A stretch of 62,826 bases of DNA. Source: an uncultured Candidatus Nemicrothrix sp. (GTDB lineage Bacteria; Actinomycetota; Acidimicrobiia; Acidimicrobiales; Aldehydirespiratoraceae). Under the pieces are notes generated by a model. It saw only the letters and a program-made list of their open reading frames with translations. It was not told the DNA's origin and did no database searches. This document shows positions 36,481 to 42,724 of the stretch, one piece after another (positions within the stretch are counted from its first letter, which is position 1; each line of letters starts with the position of its first letter). The stretch is taken from the NCBI GenBank assembly GCA_964513285.1, contig CAZEML010000003.1:1-62826 (forward strand), in the 5' to 3' direction. The position numbers and the translations under genes are program-made.

Positions 36481-37244
36481 TGATGAACACCACCTACTAC
36501 CGACTCGAGTTGCGTCGGATCTTCCGGGATCGCACGACGCTCTTCTTCACACTGGCGCTCCCCGCCTTTCTCTTCTTCATCATGGGGGCGACTCCGGATT
36601 ACGCCGGCGACGAAGTCCGCGACGGCAACGTCGCCATGTGGATCATGATCGCCATGGCCGCCTACGGCGCCGTCACCGCGACCACATCCATCGGCGGCTC
36701 GTCGGCCCTCGAACGCATGCAGGGATGGAGCCGCCAACTCGGTCTGACCCCACTGCGCGACCACGAGTTCGTGCTGGTGAAGGCCGCGGTCGCCATGACA
36801 CTCGCCGGTGCCGCGGTCGCGTCGGTCTACACCGTCGGCGCGATCAGTGGGGCGGAGGCGCCGCTGCCCGTCTGGCTGATCTCCGCGGTCTTGTTGGTGC
36901 TCGGCGCGGGCACGTTCTCGTTCTACGGCCTGAACTTCGGCCTGGCCTTCCGTTCCGAAGCCGCGGTGTCGGCGGCGGCCGGATCGCTCGTGGTCCTGTC
37001 GTTCCTGGGCAACATCTTCATCCCGCTGAACGGATGGCAACTGACGCTCGCGAAGTTCACCCCGCTGTACGGGTACGTCGCCCTCGCTCGACGGCCGCTC
37101 ACCGGTGGCGCAACCCTCGACCCCGACTCGGGTGACCTGGTGCATGAACCGCTGTGGCAGGTGCTCGCCAATCTCGGCTTCTGGACGCTTGCACTCGGCG
37201 GGCTGGCGGTCATGCTGGTGGCTCGAGGCCGACAGCGGCAGTGA
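36480..37244 (+). CDS. ABC-2 type transporter permease
   Basis: 254 aa with six predicted TM helices. Its start abuts the ATPase stop. Confidence 0.8.
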   Translation: MMNTTYYRLELRRIFRDRTTLFFTLALPAFLFFIMGATPDYAGDEVRDGNVAMWIMIAMAAYGAVTATTSIGGSSALERMQGWSRQLGLTPLRDHEFVLVKAAVAMTLAGAAVASVYTVGAISGAEAPLPVWLISAVLLVLGAGTFSFYGLNFGLAFRSEAAVSAAAGSLVVLSFLGNIFIPLNGWQLTLAKFTPLYGYVALARRPLTGGATLDPDSGDLVHEPLWQVLANLGFWTLALGGLAVMLVARGRQRQ

Positions 37245-37248
37245 GCGA

Positions 37249-38397
37249 ATGACGACGACCCACGATCCAGCATCTCTCGAACGTCGGGCCTGGAGGGCCA
37301 GTTGGTTCTTCGCGAGCGTGTGGGTGCTCTTCGCCGCCTTTCCGCTCCTCGCCCTCTGGACCGCCGACACCTCGACCGTCCGCCAGGTCGTGGCCACGGC
37401 GATCACGGCGTTGTTCGTGGCCGCGTACATCGTCGGGTTTCGACACGTCGCCCGGCGGGAGGTCTTCAGCTCCCCCGGGCCGGTTGCGGACCGGTTCGCC
37501 ATCGGCGTCGTCCTCACCTTGATCGCGCTCTGTGGGCTCGCCTTCGCCGTCGGCGGCTGGGCGATGCTCGGCTTGGTGCCGTTCATCCCGTCGTTCGCCA
37601 CGTTCAACGTTTCGTGGCGCTGGGTCGTGATCATCGGTGCCGTATCGCTCGCCGCCGTTGTCGGCCTGCCGCTCGCCGACGGAGTGTTCGACGACCTCTG
37701 GCCCATCACGCCGGCCGTCGCGACGGCAACGCTGGGAACCGGCCTCGGGCGCCTGACCGAGGAGCGGGGCCGTGAGCGGGGCGCGCTCCAGACCGAGCTG
37801 CTCCTGAGCGATGAACGCAACCGGGTCGCACGCGACGTTCACGATGTCCTCGGGCACAGCCTCACGGCGGTCGTACTCAAGGCAGAGCTCTCGCAGCGAT
37901 TGTTGGGGAAGCTCGATCCGACCGACGACACCGAGCGGGCGATCCTTGAGCGATGCCGGGCGGAGCTCGACGAGCTCCAGAGCCTGAGCCGGCGAAGCCT
38001 CGCCGAGATTCGCTCGACGGTCGGCGGACTCCGCAACCCGAACCTCGCCGACGAGATCGCCGCCGCCCGCACGGTCCTCGCCGACGCCGGGGTCACGTAC
38101 ACCGCAGCGGGCGACGCATCCGCCATCCCACCGGAGTCGCGAGGTGCGCTGGCGTGGGTCGTTCGAGAGTCGATCACCAACGTCGTGCGCCACGCCGGCG
38201 CGTCACACTGCACCCTCACCCTCGCTCCCACCCCAGGCGTGTGGCTCCGCATCGACGACGACGGCGTCGGTCCGGACGGACTCCGCGAGGGCAACGGCAT
38301 CACCGGGCTACGAGAGCGCCTCGAACCACTCGGCGCCGAACCGGTGATCAGCGCCGGACCCGAAGGCGGCACCCGTCTGGAGGTTCGCCATGGCTGA
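37249..38397 (+). CDS. Sensor histidine kinase (HisKA_3 / DesK-NarX type)
   Basis: Trimmed to ATG 37249. Has TM helices, then the H-box ARDVHDVLGHSLT and an HATPase_c domain (GNGITGLRERL). Confidence 0.85.
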   Translation: MTTTHDPASLERRAWRASWFFASVWVLFAAFPLLALWTADTSTVRQVVATAITALFVAAYIVGFRHVARREVFSSPGPVADRFAIGVVLTLIALCGLAFAVGGWAMLGLVPFIPSFATFNVSWRWVVIIGAVSLAAVVGLPLADGVFDDLWPITPAVATATLGTGLGRLTEERGRERGALQTELLLSDERNRVARDVHDVLGHSLTAVVLKAELSQRLLGKLDPTDDTERAILERCRAELDELQSLSRRSLAEIRSTVGGLRNPNLADEIAAARTVLADAGVTYTAAGDASAIPPESRGALAWVVRESITNVVRHAGASHCTLTLAPTPGVWLRIDDDGVGPDGLREGNGITGLRERLEPLGAEPVISAGPEGGTRLEVRHG

Positions 38398-39004
38398 CCC
38401 GATTCGGCTCCTGCTCGCGGACGACCAGGCGCTCGTCCGGGGCGCGCTCGCCGCACTGCTCGGCCTCGAACCCGACTTCGAGGTCGTCGCCGAGGTCGAC
38501 CGAGGCGACGAGGTGCTCGACGCCGTCCGCGCCCAACGGGTCGACGTCGCCCTGCTCGACATCGAGATGCCCGGCCTCGACGGCATCGCGGTCGCCGAAC
38601 AGCTCGCGGCTGAAGCACCAGGCGTTCGATCGCTGATCGTCACCACCTTCGGGCGGCCCGGCTACCTCCGGCGAGCGATGGACGCCGGCGCCGCCGGCTT
38701 CGTGGTCAAGGACACGCCCGCCGACGAGCTCGCCGACGCGGTGCGCCGGGTGCATCAGGGCCTCCGCGTCGTCGATCCCGGACTGGCGACAGAGTCGGTC
38801 ATCGAGGGCTCGAGCCCCCTGACCGACCGCGAGCGGGAGGTGCTCCGGCACGTGCTCTCCGGCGCGCCGATCGCCGACATCGCCGACGTTGTCGCTCTGT
38901 CCGAGGGGACCGTGCGCAACTATCTCTCCACCGCAGCGGCCAAGTCCAACGCCCGATCGAGTGCGGAAGCCGCGGTCATCGCCCGCGATCGTGGTTGGCT
39001 CTGA
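38390..39004 (+). CDS. LuxR/NarL family response regulator
   Basis: 204 aa with a receiver domain (LLADDQ...DIEMPGLDG) and a C-terminal LuxR HTH. Confidence 0.9.
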   Translation: MADPIRLLLADDQALVRGALAALLGLEPDFEVVAEVDRGDEVLDAVRAQRVDVALLDIEMPGLDGIAVAEQLAAEAPGVRSLIVTTFGRPGYLRRAMDAGAAGFVVKDTPADELADAVRRVHQGLRVVDPGLATESVIEGSSPLTDREREVLRHVLSGAPIADIADVVALSEGTVRNYLSTAAAKSNARSSAEAAVIARDRGWL

Positions 39005-39017
39005 ACGCGACGAAGCC

Positions 39018-39043
39018 GGAGACGAGGTGCAGTCCTCGCCTCC
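39018..39043. terminator. Hairpin between the convergent response-regulator and rsr genes
   Basis: GGAGACGAGG / CCTCGCCTCC form a 10-bp stem with one mismatch and a 6-nt loop. Confidence 0.45.
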
Positions 39044-39064
39044 AGCTTCGATCATTGGGTCCGC

Positions 39065-40612
39065 TCAGAACGGCCAGTCGGCGTCACGGCCCTGCTCGAG
39101 CGTCCGCATCAAGCTGAACGTGGCGTCGGAGAATCCGGCCAGCGTGTAGCGGCCCCGACCGCCGCTCGGCATCGACCGAGGCCGGTAACCGGCCAGGTCG
39201 ACCGTGTAGATCAGCGGCACGTGGCTCAGGCTCACCGAGCCCGAGTCGTGCATCTGATCGTCGGTGAACATCACGACTCGGTCGTGACGTCGCCGGTCGA
39301 AGTGGGCGGCGACGGCCGTGTGGCCATAGGTCGAGTGACCGACCGAGCCGACCATCGACACCAGGTCGGCCACGACACCGAGGACCGACGCGCCCTTGCG
39401 GATCCGCACGGCTCGGTTGCTGTGGCCGAAGATGACGACATCGGCGTCGTTCGATCGGGTCGCGGTGACCGCTGCCATGACCGCCGCCACCTCGACTCGA
39501 GTCATCACCGACCGGTTCGCCACCCGCGCCTGCATCGAGCCCGACATGTCGATGACCACCAGGGTTCGATCGAGCGACGGGACGTTGCGAGTCGTGAGGT
39601 CGAGCGTACGGCCGAGCGCCCGCTTCCAGTCATCCGACGGAGCGTGCGAGTACGCCGCCCACACCTGGTACGGGAAGAGGCGAGCCTTCGCCACCTCGTC
39701 CGCGTCGGTGATGCGGTCCAACACCGTCGAGATCGCCGCATCGCTGATGCCACGCTCGTCGAAGTTGCGCAGGTTGCGGATGAGCGCCATCGCACCCATC
39801 GAAGGAATCACCGACTCCCACGCCTCGGCGTCCATGCCGTCCGGCAGCCAGCCCGACAGTCGCTCCCACGAGGTACCGGCCTCGGCCAGCGCTCGCGGTC
39901 CACGCGCGGCGAGCTCGGCTCGTCGCTCCTCGACCGGGACCTTCGCGAGGTTCTCGGCCGCGGCGAGCACCGGAAGCACGTCGGCATCGGCGACGGCGTC
40001 GTCGTGGTGGCGACGGTCGAGCAGCCACGCGAACAGCGCGCTCTGACAGGCATCGCGCGGCTTCGGGTGGGTCAGCTCGATGACGTCGGCCATCCGTACG
40101 CCACGGCTCAGACCGTCGTACCGCAGAGCGGCACGCTCGGTGTAGAGCCGGGTCGCCGCGTCGGCGACGCCCCGCTTGACCGCCATCGGGAGACGGCGGC
40201 CGTGGCGCGAGTGCCAGTAGCCGATCATCTCGGCCGGCTCGTCACCGCGCTGGAGCACGGCGTCGATCACTCGACGGCCCCGCTCGCCGCCGGCCGCCAC
40301 GTACTCGGCGGCCAGGATGATCGACGCCGAACGGATCTTCAGCTCGTTGCGCAGGTACGGCGCGAGCCGGGCGACGAACTCGGGGTTCGATGCCACGGTT
40401 CGCGCGACGAGGTCGACGAACCGCTGCTCGCGGTCCTCGGCCCGCTCGTAGAACGAGTCCTCGCCGGCGAGGTACGTCGCCGCCATGAGGAAGAGCTCCG
40501 ACTCGAGGTCGGCCGCCTGGCCGCGGCCGCCCTCGTGGGTGACGAGGGCGAGCCGACCGGTCCGGAGGGAAGCGATCGGGTTGATTCGGTTGTGCTTGCT
40601 GAACGTGACCAT
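39065..40612 (-). CDS. rsr: Ro60-related protein (Rsr): TROVE domain plus vWA/MIDAS
   Basis: Track ORF 39065-40840 trimmed to ATG 40612, which is preceded by GGAAGGAGG. 515 aa. The TROVE-like N-region reads ...FLMAATYLAGEDSFYERAEDREQRFVDLV...LRNELKIRSASIILAAEY. The C-terminal vWA domain carries DMSGSM (DxSxS). Confidence 0.9.
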   Translation of the reverse strand: MVTFSKHNRINPIASLRTGRLALVTHEGGRGQAADLESELFLMAATYLAGEDSFYERAEDREQRFVDLVARTVASNPEFVARLAPYLRNELKIRSASIILAAEYVAAGGERGRRVIDAVLQRGDEPAEMIGYWHSRHGRRLPMAVKRGVADAATRLYTERAALRYDGLSRGVRMADVIELTHPKPRDACQSALFAWLLDRRHHDDAVADADVLPVLAAAENLAKVPVEERRAELAARGPRALAEAGTSWERLSGWLPDGMDAEAWESVIPSMGAMALIRNLRNFDERGISDAAISTVLDRITDADEVAKARLFPYQVWAAYSHAPSDDWKRALGRTLDLTTRNVPSLDRTLVVIDMSGSMQARVANRSVMTRVEVAAVMAAVTATRSNDADVVIFGHSNRAVRIRKGASVLGVVADLVSMVGSVGHSTYGHTAVAAHFDRRRHDRVVMFTDDQMHDSGSVSLSHVPLIYTVDLAGYRPRSMPSGGRGRYTLAGFSDATFSLMRTLEQGRDADWPF

Positions 40613-40681
40613 GATGCGGCCTCCTTCCGGCCGGGTCGGTTGATGGATAGTTGTTGATGGTTGAGCGAGCGGATCAGGGAA

Positions 40682-40740
40682 CCGGGCGGGCGAGGTCACG
40701 CCCGGCCGAGTTGACGCGGGCGCCACGGAATCGAACCGAG
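40682..40740 (-). other. Orphan T-arm-like element (CTCGG-TTCGATT-CCGTG) followed by a GC hairpin, between the Y RNA and rsr
   Basis: The GGTTCGATTCC T-loop consensus sits at 40724-40740 without a matching acceptor or D-arm. Hairpin CCGGGCG/CGCCCGG lies at 40682-40705. This is possibly a tRNA remnant or the 3' module/terminator of the Y RNA transcript. Confidence 0.35.
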
Positions 40741-40787
40741 AAACACCAGAAGAAACCCCGCCCTTCGCAGCTGATCCGCGAACGGGG

Positions 40788-40944
40788 TGATCGGATCCGG
40801 CCCGAGAACCAGAGCGGCTGGGCTCAAAGCGCTCTACCAACTGAGCTACAGCCCGAAGACGTCGGGCTGACGGGACTCGAACCCGCGACCTCTCACGTTG
40901 CAGGTGAAGAACTCCCGGCCATCACAACGGGCCGGATCCGATCA
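40788..40944 (-). ncRNA. yrlA: YrlA-type Y RNA candidate (circularly permuted tRNA mimic on a 17-bp stem)
   Basis: Hand fold. The closing helix UGAUCGGAUCCGGCCCG (40944-40928) pairs with CGGGCCGGAUCCGAUCA (40804-40788). Inside, at 40886-40831, lie T-arm GCGGG-UUCGAGU-CCCGU, an 8-bp acceptor-like stem CAGCCCGA/UCGGGCUG capped by CGUCU, then UA and D-arm GCUC-AGUUGGUA-GAGC. It lies 175 nt upstream of rsr on the same strand. Confidence 0.7.
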
Positions 40945-41050
40945 GATGTCTCCGAGAGCCAGGCGATGGAACCCCCGCGCGGACATTCAACCGACACGTT
41001 CGCAGAGAAGTAGGTCCCGTCTACGCAACGGAGACAGAAAGAGGAGTGCA

Positions 41051-41258
41051 TCGACCAGACGCGGACCGGCCCGAGAACCAGGCGAGCGAGCGTTGCCCAT
41101 CGCTGGCATCGCGGAAGCGATGCGTCTGCCAGGTCAATTGATCCCCATCTGGCTCCAAGCGGCGCGTTTCCCAGACCGCAGGGTCTCGTCCGAAGACGAC
41201 ATCGGGCGTCGGGAGGAAGTACGCCTGCTCATCGCAGCGGGCCGGCGCGCCTCGTCGA
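41051..41258 (-). ncRNA. Second Y-RNA-like long-stem RNA candidate (paralogous stem, no obvious tRNA module)
   Basis: A hand-folded helix of about 20 bp. UCGAC-g-AGG-CGCG-CCGGCCCG (41258-41238) pairs with CGGGCCGG-uc-CGCG-UCU-g-GUCGA (41073-41051), leaving a 2-nt UC bulge. It shares the boxes CCGGCCCG-yUGyGAUG and CUGGUUCU-CGGGCCGG with the YrlA candidate. Confidence 0.45.
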
Positions 41259-41289
41259 AACACTCCACACCAAGAGACATCGTTGAACG

Positions 41290-41373
41290 CGGAAGGGGTA
41301 GGAGTCGAACCCACAAGGCTTGCGCTCGGCCGGTTAGCAACCAGCTGCCGTCACCGAATCGGCTTGCCCTTCC
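41290..41373 (-). tRNA. tRNA-Ser (anticodon GCU), class II
   Basis: Reverse complement: GGAAGGG-CA-AGCC..GGCA-GCTGG-TTGCTAA-CCGGC, long variable arm, GTGGG-TTCGACT-CCTAC, CCCTTCC. C8 instead of U8. No encoded CCA. Confidence 0.85.
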
Positions 41374-41379
41374 GAGGCG

Positions 41380-41452
41380 TACCCGATGCCGGAATCGAAC
41401 CAGCGCACGCCGGGTGTAAACCGGCCGCTCTCACCAACTGAGCTAATCGGGC
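41380..41452 (-). tRNA. tRNA-Val (anticodon UAC)
   Basis: GCCCGAT-TA-GCTC-AGTTGGTGA-GAGC-G-GCCGG-TTTACAC-CCGGC-GTGC-GCTGG-TTCGATT-CCGGC-ATCGGGT. G1-U72 wobble. No CCA. Confidence 0.85.
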
Positions 41453-41471
41453 AAGGGTCTCGCGACCTGCG

Positions 41472-41545
41472 TAGGGAGGGTTGGATTCGAACCAACGACA
41501 GACCCGCTGTATCAGAACGGCGCTCTACCCCTGAGCTACATCCCT
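41472..41545 (-). tRNA. tRNA-Ile (anticodon GAU), slightly non-canonical
   Basis: AGGGATG-TA-GCTC-AGGGGTA-GAGC-G-CCGTT-CTGATAC-AGCGG-(7-nt variable)-GTTGG-TTCGAAT-CCAAC-CCTCCCT. U6-C67 mismatch. No CCA. Confidence 0.7.
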
Positions 41546-41644
41546 CTGTTCTTTGCTGCGAGTTCGCGACCTGCGGTCGCTCATGCGCAGACCCCACGAA
41601 CCGCTCGCCGGCGAAGCCGGACCGAGCTCCCCGCGAGGTACGAG

Positions 41645-41718
41645 CGCCCAGGATGGGATTCGAACCCACACCCTCTTCCGTGACAGGAAAGTGCTCTGAC
41701 CGATTGAGCTACCTGAGC
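41645..41718 (-). tRNA. tRNA-Asp (anticodon GUC)
   Basis: GCTCAGG-TA-GCTC-AATCGGTCA-GAGC-A-CTTTC-CTGTCAC-GGAAG-AGGGT-GTGGG-TTCGAAT-CCCAT-CCTGGGC. No CCA. Confidence 0.85.
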
Positions 41719-41729
41719 GAGACCATGCG

Positions 41730-41800
41730 AACCGGGAGGAGGACTCGAACCCCCATCTGCGGGTTCAGAGCCCGCCGTCGTGCCGTTTGACCATCCCGGT
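41730..41800 (-). tRNA. tRNA-Gln (anticodon CUG)
   Basis: ACCGGGA-TG-GTCA..CGAC-G-GCGGG-CTCTGAA-CCCGC-AGAT-GGGGG-TTCGAGT-CCTCC-TCCCGGT. The weak A1-U72 pair is typical of Gln. No CCA. Confidence 0.8.
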
Positions 41801-41829
41801 GTGGTTTGCGGCGAGCGCCGCAGCGATGG

Positions 41830-41906
41830 GTTGATCGATCGGAATCGAACCGACGAGTCCCAGGGTCACAACCTGGTGCGACAAACCAGCAGTCGCCTCG
41901 ATCAAC
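41830..41906 (-). tRNA. tRNA-His (anticodon GUG) with encoded G-1:C73
   Basis: G(-1)-TTGATCG-AG-GCGA-(11-nt D loop)-TCGC-A-CCAGG-TTGTGAC-CCTGG-GACTC-GTCGG-TTCGATT-CCGAT-CGATCAA-C73. A8 instead of U8. Confidence 0.85.
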
Positions 41907-41907
41907 A

Positions 41908-41983
41908 TGGAGCCCCGGGCGGGAGTCGAACCCGCTGCCTCTCGATTACGAAACGAGCGCACGTCCACACGTGCGTCCGAGGC
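41908..41983 (-). tRNA. tRNA-Thr (anticodon CGU), CCA encoded
   Basis: GCCTCGG-AC-GCAC-GTGTGGAC-GTGC-G-CTCGT-TTCGTAA-TCGAG-AGGCA-GCGGG-TTCGACT-CCCGC-CCGGGGC-T-CCA. A8. U31-U39 mismatch. Confidence 0.8.
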
Positions 41984-41984
41984 G

Positions 41985-42073
41985 TGGCGGAGAGCGTGGG
42001 GGTCGAACCCACAAGGCTTGCGCTCGACCGTTTTCGAAACGGCTGCCGTCGCCAACTGTCGGCTTGGCTCTCC
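41985..42073 (-). tRNA. tRNA-Ser (anticodon CGA), class II, CCA encoded
   Basis: GGAGAGC-CA-AGCC..GGCA-GCCGT-TTCGAAA-ACGGT, long variable arm CGAGCGCAAGCCTTG, GTGGG-TTCGACC-CCCAC-GCTCTCC-G-CCA. C8. Confidence 0.85.
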
Positions 42074-42078
42074 AGGTG

Positions 42079-42153
42079 TGGTGGGGGCACTGGGATTCGA
42101 ACCCAGGCCTCGCGGGGTAAGAGCCCGCAGCTCTTCCACTGAGCTACACCCCC
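42079..42153 (-). tRNA. tRNA-Lys (anticodon CUU), CCA encoded
   Basis: GGGGGTG-TA-GCTC-AGTGGAA-GAGC-T-GCGGG-CTCTTAC-CCCGC-GAGGC-CTGGG-TTCGAAT-CCCAG-TGCCCCC-A-CCA. Confidence 0.85.
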
Positions 42154-42157
42154 GTGT

Positions 42158-42242
42158 TGGTACTCCCCGTGGGATTCGAACCCACACGCCTCGAGGGCGA
42201 CGGGTTCTGAACCCGCTGCGTAAACCGTTCCGCCAGAGGAGC
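42158..42242 (-). tRNA. tRNA-Leu (anticodon CAG), class II, CCA encoded
   Basis: GCTCCTC-TG-GCGGAACGGTTTACGC..GCGGG-TTCAGAA-CCCGT, variable hairpin CGCC-CTCGA-GGCG, GTGGG-TTCGAAT-CCCAC-GGGGAGT-A-CCA. A37 instead of the usual G37. G1-U72. Confidence 0.8.
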
Positions 42243-42272
42243 GAGTCGCCGCACGGAGCGGCGGGTGTTGTG

Positions 42273-42345
42273 TGGTGCAGGACGGGATCGAACCGCCGAC
42301 GCGCTGCGTTTCAGACAGCCGCTCTTCCGACTGAGCTACCGCACC
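42273..42345 (-). tRNA. tRNA-Phe (anticodon GAA)
   Basis: GGTGCGG-TA-GCTC-AGTCGGAA-GAGC-G-GCTGT-CTGAAAC-GCAGC-GCGTC-GGCGG-TTCGATC-CCGTC-CTGCACC-A. No CCA. Confidence 0.85.
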
Positions 42346-42351
42346 GATGAG

Positions 42352-42426
42352 AGCCCCCGGGAGGATTCGAACCTCCGACCTCCTGGGTCGAAACCAGTTG
42401 CTCCTGATCCACTGAGCTACGAGGGC
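42352..42426 (-). tRNA. tRNA-Arg (anticodon UCG)
   Basis: GCCCTCG-TA-GCTC-AGTGGATCAG-GAGC-A-ACTGG-TTTCGAC-CCAGG-AGGTC-GGAGG-TTCGAAT-CCTCC-CGGGGGC-T. No CCA. Confidence 0.8.
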
Positions 42427-42432
42427 GAGACG

Positions 42433-42504
42433 CGCGGTGGCGAGGATTCGAACCCCGACCTTCGGGTTTGGAAGCCGCTGTGCTGCCGTTGACACCACCA
42501 CCAC
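42433..42504 (-). tRNA. tRNA-Trp (anticodon CCA), weak anticodon stem
   Basis: GTGGTGG-TG-GTGT-CAACGGCA-GCAC-A-GCGGC-TTCCAAA-CCCGA-AGGT-CGGGG-TTCGAAT-CCTCG-CCACCGC-G. Only 3 Watson-Crick pairs in the anticodon stem in my fold. No CCA. Confidence 0.6.
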
Positions 42505-42542
42505 GGTGTGATCGCAGACGGCTCCTGCCGTCAGTGACCGCG

Positions 42543-42615
42543 CTGCGAGGGGAGGGCTCGAACCTCCGCCGACGACGGGTAACAACCGTCCGCTCTGCCG
42601 CTGAGCTACCCCGCA
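42543..42615 (-). tRNA. tRNA-Asn (anticodon GUU)
   Basis: TGCGGGG-TA-GCTC-AGCGGCA-GAGC-G-GACGG-TTGTTAC-CCGTC-(6-nt variable)-GGAGG-TTCGAGC-CCTCC-CCTCGCA-G. U1-A72 and G73 as in bacterial Asn. No CCA. Confidence 0.8.
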
Positions 42616-42648
42616 AGGTTCCGCCGCGGCGAGGGCCGCGGGCGGGCG

Positions 42649-42719
42649 TATCCCGTAGGAGAATCGAACTCCTCTTTCCAGGTTGAGGGCCTGGTGTCCT
42701 ACCGATAGACGAACGGGAC
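42649..42719 (-). tRNA. tRNA-Glu (anticodon CUC), C33 in the anticodon loop
   Basis: GTCCCGT-TC-GTCT-ATCGGTA-GGAC-A-CCAGG-CCCTCAA-CCTGG-AAAG-AGGAG-TTCGATT-CTCCT-ACGGGAT-A. Loop position 33 is C, not the near-universal U. No CCA. Confidence 0.7.
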
Positions 42720-42724
42720 AAGAG

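Noticed and set aside
40613-40840. A 76-codon N-terminal extension of the rsr ORF, as given in the ORF track.
   Set aside because: The extension overlaps the tRNA-like and hairpin RNA elements and has no start context. ATG 40612 has a strong GGAAGGAGG RBS and gives a typical 515-aa Ro60 length.
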